Below are positions 50,001-60,970 of a stretch of 64,000 nucleotides of DNA, piece after piece. The DNA is taken from assembly GCA_002269645.1 (NCBI GenBank), contig NIVC01000262.1:313412-377411 (forward strand), given 5' to 3'. The notes below the pieces were generated by a model. That model did no database searches, was not told the origin of the DNA, and saw only the letters and a list, made by a program, of their open reading frames with translations. The number at the start of each line of letters is the position of its first letter. The stretch's first letter is position 1. A program made the position numbers and the translations under genes. Source of the stretch: Macrostomum lignano (lineage: Eukaryota).

Positions 50001-53000
50001 CAGTTGTTGGCGTCTTTGACGTCTGGAGAATTTGCCAAATTCCAGACTGCTAATGTAGGTCCTGGCCGTGTGCGTCTCTCGCTCACGGTCTCGGTCGTCC
50101 GCTTCGGACTGGCTGTCCTCGAGGCCCTGCGGTGTTTTTATATATCGGATAGAAAGGACCTTGAGTTCAAATTTGTGTCCTTGAGCAAGACACTTTACTC
50201 TGCATTGCTGCAGTTCACCCAGCTGTAAAATGGGTGCCAGTCCTTGGACTGAACAGCCGTACGCAGCCTTTAGAGGCGCCGGGCCGCGCTAAACAAGGAC
50301 AAAAATGTGCATTCACATGCTTGAAATGACCTTATAGTTACATTAATTCACATTTATGAGGACCAAAATGTACTAAGATTTTAATGTGCGCTTGTACAAT
50401 GACCTCATTTAACATGTAGAAGAAAACATGAAGTTCCATTTTTACAACTGAACAGATTGTAAACAGATTATCGATTTCGATTCTAACCTTCAACTATGCC
50501 TAATAAATTAAGTTGGTATGCAATTTATTAGATATTGATTTACGCTCGTAAAAGTTTAAGAGATGATGGATGTGATGAGAGAAGAGATGAGAAAGAAGAT
50601 AAGAGGAGAGGAAATACTCGTAAGAAAGGAGATAAAAGGAGATAGGAGAGAGAATAGAAGAGGCTTTAAAGGAGAGATATGAGAAGACACAAGGCTTGAG
50701 CCGGCCGAATTGCTATTTCAACCATCTCAAACTAAAACACATACTGGTTTTTTATAATCCCGTGGACTTCTTATTCTTTATCTATTTAATACGATGCTCC
50801 AAAAAGACTCATCCGGTGAGACGCGTCTTTCTCACCTGCGTATTATAATAGATTATTAACGAAGCTGACGCCGTGTCGCCTCCGTTGCCGTCCCCACCCG
50901 AAGCCAGTCCGTCAAGTCCGTTCAAGTCTAAGTTGTTTCGCCTGGCCTCTCGGTAGCTAACATCGAATAACAGTAGTTCATGCGCGTTGTCGTGACCGCA
51001 ACTGCTAGGCAGATCGGTGTCAGTCGGCGCCGATGCCAGCGTATCGTCGTCCACAAAATCAACGTGCGCGTAGTGAATGCTGTTCTCAATGTCCACTTGT
51101 TTGCCGGAGTGGCGAAATATTTGACTGTTGAATTTCGGACAGTAGGCTTGGAATTCTTCAACCATGTCCTGGTTGGGTGCGCGATTAACAATGGTCTTAC
51201 ATCTCCGTGTGAGTTGCATTCCATGCGGGGCCACAGAATTCGTGTCTGGTGTATGAATATTTGCCTGGGGCTTGTTCAAGAGAACCAACTCCAAAACCCT
51301 GGCACTGAGGAAGTGAGCCCTTGAATTTTTGCGGTTCCCTAAAGCCACAGCTACACAAGTACAGAGACATGAGGGGCGCACTAAAGATGCACTGCAGCCC
51401 CGACTTTGTCTGCCATGGGTCGAGCAAAAATATCCCAATATGTGGATTCAAATTTGATGTAGCTACGCCTGGAATCGAGCGAAAGCCTTCTGGCCCAAGT
51501 CCTCTGATAGATAATTTCTAGAATTTCGAAAAAGTCCCTTTGACCAACAACAGCTGCAATCAAACTTTGATGTAGAATAAAAAACCGCTACCTTCCTACC
51601 TTGATGTAGGGATCGTGAAACCAGATGTCCCTAGTGCGCATATTCTCCAGCACAATGTGCACCGCATCTGCTAGATTCTCCAGCACCTGACCGATCAGCG
51701 CCTTGCGTTGCTCGTCCGGGAATGCGTCTCCGTAGTGAATTCGAAACTGTTTCACTAACGTACTCTTGCCGCATCCGTTGCCGCCTAAGTTAATGTCAAA
51801 AAGTGAAATCTGGATTAAACGTTAATATACGTTTTGGTTGAAAAAAACTTGGCAGTTAAAAAATCTAAAGGAATAGCGCTATGTAACGGATAATATGAAT
51901 GAATACTGTCATTTTAATTTCATAAAATTAAACTTAAATTAAACTTCAGCATAAACTTAAACTTAATAGTGAGACACTCTTTTATTGATAGACACACTTA
52001 TAGACTGTATACACATTTTAGCCTGTCGAGAGACGCACTACAGATGCCGTGAGACACGTTCCGAACTCTCAAAAGGGCACTTTAGACTGAGGTAAAAACA
52101 CTTTGTCGAGAGACACACTTCAGATTGCGACAGACACACTTCATGCTGTGGTAGACACACTTCATGCTGTGGTAGACACACTTCAGGCTGTGGTAGACAC
52201 ACTTCAGGCTGTGGTAGACACACTTCAGGCTGTGGTAGACACTTCAGGATATGGTAATCACACTTCAGGATATGGTAGACACACTTCAGGATATGGTAGA
52301 CACACTTCAGGCTGTGGTAGACACACTTCAGGCTGTGGTAGACACACTTCAGGCTGTGGTAGACACACTTCAGGCTGTGGTAGACACACTTCAGGATATG
52401 GTAGACACACTTCAGGCTGTGGTAGACACACTTCAGGCTGTGGTAGACACACTTCAGGCTGTGGTAGACACACTTCAGGCTGTGGTAGACACTTCAGGCT
52501 GTGGTAGACACACTTCAGGCTGTGGTAGACACACTTCAGGCTGTGGTAGACACACTTCAGGCTGTGGTAGACACACTTCAGGCTGTGGTAGACACACTTC
52601 AGGATATGGTAGACACACTTAAGACGTCGAGGTATTTGGAATTATTAGATGTTTAAGAAAGAAACTGTTTTAACGTGTGTCGTGTTGTACTAGAGTAAAA
52701 AACAAACCAATCAGCAGCAGGTGAATCTCCTTGCGCTTGGCTTCCTGGTCAGTCAGCAACAGCTGGTCAATTTGCTTCGAACGCATCAGAGCCCTCTTCT
52801 GAGCCAGCTTGTTGATGCTGTTAAAATGATCCGATATCTGTAAGAAGTTTTGATGCGAGTTGAATAAGAGATCTCTAAGTCCTCAGCGGGTGTCTCTTGC
52901 GTGTACCCAGGTATCTGCCAACCAGACGTGAGTTGACGGGAGAAGGACTGTTTGGCGCTTTTTAAATCCTCTGCAGAAACCGGCTCGTAACTCGAGCCGT

Positions 53001-54387
53001 CATCATTTCCTTAACACACTGAATTTGGCATTTCGCACTATAGATTGTTGGAATCGAAGAATAGGGAAGAAAACTACGAGCTAGTTGGTATTCCCAACCA
53101 CTACTCATTTTCCTAAGCACCCCACGCCGAATTTATTCCAATATATATTTGCTTATCTTCTAATCAAATATAGCTATAATGCGTGCCATAACTCAAAATA
53201 GAAAATTTAGTACTGGATAATTGAATTTCAATCGCAATTAGGGAACAAGCGTTGTTATATGCTTATAAAAATATGCGCGTTTCCCATCCTTTTTTCATAG
53301 TCAATTTCTTTATCTCTTCTTCAGCATAATTGGGCGCCCCAATGTTCTATAGGGGAATTAATACGGCCGAGCAATTGATAGTTTTGAAAAAGAATTGTTT
53401 GATTGCAATCTTATTGACTTGTATTCATATTTGATCATTATTTATAGTTACAGTCGGCTACAGCTACCTACCAGTGATGAAATGACATTGAGAACTTATC
53501 CCTACTGACATCTCAACCTTCATCCCTAATGAAATCTCGTCTTTATTGATATTGAATCTCCACTGAGCTCTTATATTCACGGAAGTATAATCTTTACCTT
53601 CACCTTAACTCTATTTCTTTCTCATGTTATCTACTAATATCTGATCTCTAGTGAGATCTCATCTCTACTATCATGGCATCTTCACTGACAGCTTTTTATT
53701 ACACCTGCCTTAATAGGCAGATGTAGCTCGTACAACCGGCCATTGTGGCACGCATCTGAAGGCTGTTTGCGGCTGTTGAGTCTAAAATCTGTGGTTTGCC
53801 ATCGCCACACAAGCCCTCAATTACCCCAGGTAATGCTGTCATCCATTTTACAGCTGGGTGAACTGAAGCAATGCAGAGTTGAGGTGTCTTTCTCAAAGAC
53901 ACAAGTTGTTCCGAGTGGGTCGAGAACCGAATCCCCTAACCAGTAGGCTACAACCCCCCCCCCCTCTGCTTGATGCACATCTTGTGGCCTCCGATCTACT
54001 TACTTTTTTACTTGTGTGCCTCTTGGACGATGCGATAGCAACCAGACTGGCCTTCTTAGCCAGCACCCGTCTGCCTCCAGCCACTCCGCCGCTGCCGCTC
54101 CCGCCGCCACCATGGCTCGAAAATCTCTTGCTTCCGCCAATAACTGTACCGGCTCTTCTTAGCTTTCTCCTTCGCTTGTTGTTGCTGCTGCTGCTGTTTG
54201 AGGCTGCCGCTGGTGCCGATGCTGTTGCTGACAGTGCCGTAGTGACTGCAGCCGTCGATGAAGAAGTTGAAGCCTCCTCTACTATGGTAGCATCGATCGT
54301 GTCTCCTTGTGTCACCGTCGGCTTTTGCTGCTTCCATTCGTCGTCGTCTTTTGGTACGAGGCAGATTCGTTCCTCATTGTCGCTCAT
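44081..54387 (-). CDS. Divergent extra-large heterotrimeric G-protein alpha subunit, 9 exons, about 717 aa, nested antisense in BRCA2 intron 4
   Basis: Exons (-): 54387-54004, 52837-52708, 51784-51600, 51264-50836, 50126-49717, 47001-46873, 45321-45192, 45108-44952, 44280-44081. All GT-AG, phases match, total 2154 nt = 718 codons including stop. Motifs: RSKQID, LLLIGGNGCGKST, YVPTLQDILAIRKPS, DLAGQRSQRHKWIHYFEDVNAVLFV, FLNKLD, IYTHLITAID, ANLKKSITIF*. Confidence 0.88.
44370..44930. repeat. 22-bp minisatellite, G-alpha intron 8
   Basis: Unit cgattttgatggataatcaggg. Confidence 0.95.
45420..46840. repeat. Two adjacent minisatellites (20-21 bp and 23 bp), G-alpha intron 6
   Basis: gtacacagatagacagggg(g)t at 45420-45685; acacaacagtgacaggaagatgg at 45765-46840. 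Confidence 0.92.
47120..49608. repeat. 22-bp minisatellite containing TTTAGGG, about 2.5 kb, G-alpha intron 5
   Basis: Unit cactttagggcaatgagaatca, on the order of 110 copies. Confidence 0.97.
50165..50290 (+). mobile_element. CORE-type SINE fragment with internal deletion
   Basis: tgtgtccttgagcaagacactttactctgcattgctgcagttcacccagctgtaaaatgggtgccag joined directly to tccttggactgaacagccgtacgcagcc. Confidence 0.7.
52105..52622. repeat. 21-bp minisatellite, G-alpha intron 2
   Basis: Unit cacacttcaggctgtggtaga. Confidence 0.94.
53705..53940 (-). mobile_element. CORE-type SINE copy, diverged, 5'-truncated
   Basis: Plus strand reads ...ccattttacagctgggtgaactgaagcaatgcagagttgaggtgtctttctcaaagacaca, the reverse complement of the CORE segment. 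Confidence 0.7.
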
Positions 54388-55121
54388 CTTTGCGGAGGAA
54401 ATCCGACAGCTGGTTTAGTGGGCTGGCCAGCTCTCGTTTGTAAACTGTATTGCCGGTGTCAGATTACAGCGGATTTTCCTGCCGCAATGCTAAAATATTA
54501 AAGGCCATTTGTTGGCTGCGTCTCAAGGCCTATCACACCAGCTTTCGATTTTATTCGCCCGTGCTCGACTGTGTGTACCTTCGACTGACGCACCTCGTCC
54601 TTCCTTTTTTCCTTTTCTTCCCCTTTCTCCCTCGTGTCAAGGAGGCCCACAGCTAGAACTTGGCGTGCTAGGATTGAGTAAACAAATAAAAACGCAAAAA
54701 ACAAGAACCTTCCTCTATCCCAGTCTGCGAGTTTCTGACTGTTTCGAGTCATTTTGTTTGAACTTTTAAGTATAAAGTACTTAAATCTGGAGGTGTAAAA
54801 ATTGGATTGGTTCAGATTAGAAACTAAAGTGTGTAGAAAATCATGCCAAAAACACAGAGAAAACATTTTAAAATGACAGTGTGGTAATTGGGACATGCCA
54901 AGGTTCGTGTGGGAAATGCTGAGATGTCAAGGCTCATTGGGGGGAATTGCTGAAATTCTGTGGCTCTTGGTGGTTACTCAGATGTTTTGAGCCAAAAAAA
55001 CTCATAGGGAATCTCATATCTTCAGCTAGATAGCTGTTTCTCAAGACTGATGCTGCTTTCCTTTAAACATCATTTTCCTGAAGAGATTAGCAATACGCTC
55101 GTACTGACTTGACTGTACTAC

Positions 55122-55392
55122 GGCTGTTGTAGCCTAGTGGTTAGAGCGTCGGACTCACAATTTGAAGGTCAGGGGTTCGATTTCCGATCCCACTGAAACA
55201 ATTTGTGTCCTTAAACAAGACACTTAACTCTGCATTGCTTCAGTTCACCCAGCTGTAAAATGGGTGCCAGCATTAGCTGGGGTAATTGAGGCTGTGTGTG
55301 TGGCGACTCCCCAGTCCTTGGACTGAACAGCCGTACGCAACCTTCAAATGCGCCGCGAAATAGCTGCGGCTGAGCTGTCGGTTGCACATCAA
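55122..55392 (+). mobile_element. tRNA-derived CORE-type SINE, near full length
   Basis: A box tagcctagtggttagagcg, B box ggttcgatttcc, then tgtgtccttaaacaagacacttaactc...cagctgtaaaatggg resembling the MIR/CORE domain. Homologous copies elsewhere in the window. Confidence 0.75.
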
Positions 55393-56883
55393 AATACTTA
55401 CATGTAGTTACTTACATATAGTTTACTCAAAACTGTTATTCCTTTCTTTGTTGCGTCACCAACAGAAGGAGCGCAGATTGCTAGTTCCTTAAACACAATT
55501 AACTGCATTCTGAGCAATATAAATGCGACCTAGTAATAAAAGAGAAGTTAAAAGACACTAAGCTACAATCAAGTTTTATAGTTGTCCAAAAATGTAAGGC
55601 TTGAATAAGAGTTGTCAGTCCAAGTTCTGAGTCTCCTTGCCCTCTCCCAACCACCTCCTCATTCTTATGCACTGTCATTATCTCCCATTGAAAAGCAAAC
55701 CGAACAAAATTCAATCCCAAGCCCCTGCAGTCTTCTCCCTTCTATGTATTATTATATACACGCTCGTATATAAATCAGTGCCTCTTTGCAACCAATCAAC
55801 TCTTCGAACCGGTCGAAGCTCTGGAATTTGGTGCCTCCGCATTTTACTTTCTTCTATCTCTATCATTCCTATTCTATTTGAGTCTATACTGCTCAGAATC
55901 CCTATATATCACCCCTCACCATTTGCCTCTGGCCTATTCATTTCCGCCTTATTCTCATTCGGAACTTCACATTCCCCAGTTTCTTATAATTGCTCACTCG
56001 CTCTCTCTCTATCCGATCTAGCTCCTGTTGGTCTCTCTCTCTCTTTCTTTCCCATTTATGGCTCCCCCTCCCAACGATAAGATGGGACAGCGCGAGTTTG
56101 GTGGCTTCAACCTCTATAGCTATGGGCATTTTAATCAAACTGCCAATGCGCTCAAGACTTTCGAATATAGAATCTATATAGTTCTTATAGTATAAGTGTG
56201 AGCGCTATCGATGCCGCGATTGAATGGGTCCTATCTATCTCACTACTGTCTGACACTTTGCCTCCATTCGATTCATTAACCCCCCCTCCCCCATAGCAAC
56301 CCCAAACTTCGTCGCTCGGCTTCTTATCGACAGGCAAATTAATCTTCTCCCTCTACGGCAAGAGAGAAGGACGATCGGTCTTATATGGAACTGGAGCTGG
56401 GATTCTGTGTTTAGCGACTGGGGCCGCTTCATCATCATCTTGTTTAAAGTACCCACTGTCTTAAATTTTCATTTAAAACCAACCAAGTGTAAAAACTATT
56501 ATTCACTTGTTTATATTTTTTCTAGAAAAATTGACAAGAACTTTTCCTGTTAGTCTGTTACAAAGCTGTCTGTTAAAAAATTGAAAATTATATTGTATCA
56601 TTTAGCTTAATGTTATTATAGAGAATAAATAAACTTAAAACAATACTGTATGTTTTACGTACAGTTTTTACTTTAGAAAAAATAATCTTTGTCTCAGTAA
56701 GATATCGCTTAAATTCTAGGATTTCTCGTTCTGTGCAAACAGTTACAAAGTTCTTGTGGGCCGTATTAACGAAGGAGGGCAGTGCTAAACAAAAACTATT
56801 CACAACTTTTAAAAAGTTATTGAAATTCACTGTTATTTGATAATAATAGTTAGGATGCGTCTTCATCATCGGCCATGGTTTCC

Positions 56884-59800
56884 TCACTTGACTGACAGCG
56901 GGTTTCTCTTAGTATTGGCCCTCTCGTTCGTCGGTCTCTGCCGATACTCCACCCCGATGCCGTCCACGACCGCCCGATTCTTGCGCGTCTCCGTCTGGCT
57001 CTCCTCGCCCAGAACCCGGCGACCCTCCTCGCTGACGACCTCCTGCGTGACCGTGAGAAGTTTCAGCATCTTATTAATCTTTAGAATTCTAGCCACCTCT
57101 TTGCAAGCTCTCGTGTCCATTGGCACCTGGCGTAAGAATAGCTTCTCAAGCTTGTTATTAATTTTCAGCGCTTCGGATAGAGAGAAGAAGCAGACATTGT
57201 CCAGGCGGATTCCGCTCAAATCCAGCAGGACAATGGTCCGATTGCTAGAGAATGCGGCGATGAAAGTGTTAAAGGCCATCGCATCAATCTTGAGGTTAGC
57301 CAAGATCAGGCCTTCTAGACTCTTGCTCTCCATCAGCTTTCCGTTGAGATCCTGCGATGCCACTATGCTCATCTGGCAGCCAGAAAAGTCTAGAATGCGC
57401 AGGTTGTCCGCAAATTTAGTTGGCAAATTTTTTATTATGCTTCCAACCAGCGACATGTGGTGACAATTTTGAAATGCGAACGTTTCTAGTTTAGTCATGT
57501 TCGAGCAGGCTTCGCGCATGTTGTTTAGCATTTTTGGCGACAACTGGTCCAGCTTCTTTCCTGACTCGTCGATGCACTCAAGATTCTTCAGATGAAAGCC
57601 GGTCTGATCGGGCTTCTTACGCCTGATTTCCATCTGGCCTGTAGAATTGGCGGGGTCCTCTGGCTCCGGACAGCACACGGTTTGAAGGAAGTCTGCCATT
57701 AGATCCTTCTCTGTCCAGTAGATGCGGAGCGTCTTGATGTGAACGTTCGTTTTCATTGCGGTAGCCAGACTTTTGTATGCCTCAAGCGTCTCTTTGGCTA
57801 GCAGATCTAGGCGCAAGTCCACCTCTTGGATGGTCGTGTGGTTAAACTTGATCATCTTGGACAGGCCTGTAAGCGACAATCTCGGAATGATGCCCTCGTG
57901 CTTCACGGTGAATCGCTCTGGCAGCGATTCAACAATTTTCTTGCCAAGATCTCTGCGGGCCATGTCCATGACCGCCACGCATTCCAGACTGAGCTGGTAG
58001 TCCATGATCTTGCCCTCGACCAGTTGACTGTCTTCTGGCGACGTAGCCGCTGGCATTTTCATGCGACTCGCTTTGCCTCGCCGTTTGTTATACTGCAGTA
58101 TCTTTGCAAACAGTTCCCGGGTGGCCGGCGTGTCGTTGTCCGACTTGCGGATGCTGCAGTAGAACACAACAACATTGTAGGAGATCGGAGTCATACTCAT
58201 GTTCTGGAAGAAGCGGCTAGCTTCATCTGTTCCACTAGTGTCTAGATTTTTCGCGGCGAGATACTCTTGAATAAGACGATTGCCAAACATGTAGCGCTGG
58301 TTATCCTCTGCGGTGAGGTTTGTAGCCAGTTGAATCAGGCCGAACTTAGTCATCATGTGGTCCTCCTTGGCCAAAATGAAAGTTGCGCTGCCTTTCTTTA
58401 TGGTGTCCATAGCGCGTTCGGACAGCATTGCGTAGGCGCGATTCGCTTCGAAGCGACTCTCCTTTTCGCGTTCGATCAGCTTCAACTTGATGCAGGAGAC
58501 AAACTGTTCCACAATTGTTGTCGGAGAGTTCAGATCGATACTCATGCGCATGTCGGTCAGCAGGCAGAAGAACGAACAGTACAAAGGCACCTGTGAGTAA
58601 TGTCGCAGGGACGCTATTTTGCTTTGATTTGAATTTTCACCGTTTGAATCCTGTTGTTGCTGCTGATCGTTTCCTTGACCCTTGCTAGAGCTGCGGCTTA
58701 GTTTTGTGCTGACTTTGTCCGTGTTTTCCCTCTCCAAAGGTCGCTCGTCTCTGGGCTTTGCCGAGGTCACAGATGTCGCCGATTCTGACGACCCGCGTCG
58801 CCTCTGCGGCTCCTGCGACTTTTTCGCTGCATCCAGCAGCTTTTGAAGCTCAGTTGATTTTTTTGCCACTACTAGCTTGTTTAGAAACGAGGAAAAGTGT
58901 TCCCACGGCTTCTTAGCTAGTTTGACGTACTTCTGAACGTACTCCTCTGCCTGGGATTTGGCGAATCCGGTCAGAATTACCTTGCGCTGGTAGCGGTGCA
59001 TCAGTCTGACTGTAAAGTTAGTCTGACTAAATACCAGAATGTGCAGTTCCGGCATGATGTTCTCAAATAGCAAACTCTTCATCTCATCATTTAGATTGTC
59101 TTCGTAGCCATCTATGATGAGCAGTGTGCTCGCCTGGTGCATGTTCATCACCTCCCAAATTTCGCGTTCGGCCAGCTTGCAGTCGCCTCCGAAAAGCTGT
59201 TCCATCATCATCACTTTCACTGTGGGCGCTGTTACTTTAAGATCAAGCAAGATTAGCAGTTGGAAAGGCCGTCCGAATACGTTTTCGTCCAAAGACCATT
59301 TGTAGGCCATATACTTAGCCAGCGTACTCTTCCCTGTTCCAGGGTCACCCTCAATAACTACTGTATGCGGGTCTTTTTCGCCTTCCTTATAATCAAAAAC
59401 TTGGAAGGCGTTGACTGACTTTCTGCAATTTTAAATTGAGAAATCAAAGTTGAAAATTATGTCTTGCTTAATGATCTGATCTGTTTTCCTGCTACTTACC
59501 CATTCAAATTGAGCAGCTGCTGTTGGCAGTAGAATTCGGCAATGTCTGTTTCAACTTTAGTGTACCATGGAATCGGATTCCATTTGGCGTACGCGGTGGA
59601 GTACCGCTCTCGAAGAATGTTGTTACAGTAAGGTAGACCCTCTGAAGAAACAGAAGAAACAGAAAAATCCTGTGATCAACTCTTAGAAGAGGATTTACTA
59701 ATTATTATAAATACTTACGTGGTTTATTAGCAAGGATGTCGGCCTTAGCGGCCTGGTAGTCCTGGTGCATCTGCTGGTACACCTGTTCGTTCTTGGGTTT

Positions 59801-60970
59801 CAGCGATTCAACGAACTCATCCAACACATTGCCAGATTTTGGCACTAGAAAGTCGATCAACGTCGACATCTGCTCGTTGTTGCGCAGAGTAGAAAATATT
59901 TCCGTGCTCTCGTCTTGGGTAATAATCTCCTTGTTCATCAGATGCTCAACCACTGTGTCCGCTTTTACATCGTTGAGCAGCTGTTCGTAGTACTTGTCGA
60001 GAATTAGGCGCTCCGCTAATACCATGCCAGTTTTGATATGAGCCCATCTATGACAGCGCGACTTGTCGCTCATGTCCATCGTCGCCTTTCCAACAACCGA
60101 CTGGCGTTTTTCGTTTCCGACGTGTCCAAATCGCGCGTCTTGAGCCGTTTCTGCAGAATAGGAATCTCTTCGCGCTTCTTCTTTCGTTCTTGGTTTTCGA
60201 TTTCTCTCTTCAACTGGCTGACCTCTTGGCGGTACCAGACGAGGAATTCGCCCAGAATGAAGCGCGATTCAGTCTCGTCCATGCTAGTGTCCTGCTTGTA
60301 TGCGTTCATACAGTCTGCTGCACCCGAGTGTCCCAGTCGCTGGAGCTGCTCGGCAATGCGGCTAAACAGTCTGTTAGCCGCGCTCGCCTTTAAGGTCTGC
60401 AGCGAGGCGAGCTCGCGTTGAATGCCCAGTAGGCGTTGCAGCGCTGCGCCCTGGCTGTCATCGCGAGGTTCCGGATCTCCCATCCAGCCGTTTGGCTGCG
60501 GCTTCGTCACATCGCAGGTGTATTTTACTAACAGGAGCAGCAGACGCAGGTCGTAGTTGTCAGCGGACACGGAAGATTTCTCCTTCGGGTAGAGCGTCTG
60601 CCAGTCGTCTTCGGTTAGCATGTCTTTGATCTTAAGTCGCCTCAGCGTCCGGTGAATGTCCGGCGAGGCCAAGTGTTCCGTTAGCTCGTCCGTTGGATGC
60701 TTGGAATCGAATAGGCTTCTCAAGCACGCCTTGCCCTCTCGCATGAGAAAGTGGCACACTCTGGATAGGTTCTCTACGCTCCTCTCGTCGGTCATGTCCA
60801 ACTGCAGCTTGGGCGTGTTGTCTACCACGCCGAACTGAAATTTTGGATGTCATTAACCAATGTTAAAATGCAGCATTTTAGTAAAGTATCCAACAGTTAG
60901 ACAGTTAGTAACTCACAACCACTTGATTTTTCGGCCGAGCGGCCAAGGTCATTCGACGAACTTCTGGCAT
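56884..60970 (-). CDS. NLR: HEPN(DZIP3-like)-coiled coil-CARD-NACHT-LRR, about 1283 aa if the frame break is repaired; nested antisense in BRCA2 intron 4
   Basis: Exons (-): 60970-60917, 60834-59719 (one base short of phase), 59641-59500, 59422-56884; introns 82, 77, 77 nt. HEPN-like WQTLYP...YDLRLLLLL...GWMGDP...D.S; CARD-like LILDKYYEQLLNDVKADTVVEHLMNKEIIT; pre-NACHT RERY...PIPW; Walker A VVIEGDPGTGKST; Walker B LLIIDGYED; FGNRLIQEYLAA; RI-like LRRs. Confidence 0.85.

Noticed and set aside
51381-51563. 60-aa ORF in G-alpha intron 3 as an extra exon
   Set aside because: Its acceptor gives phase 1 while the upstream donor is phase 0, and the phase-0 reading hits a stop.
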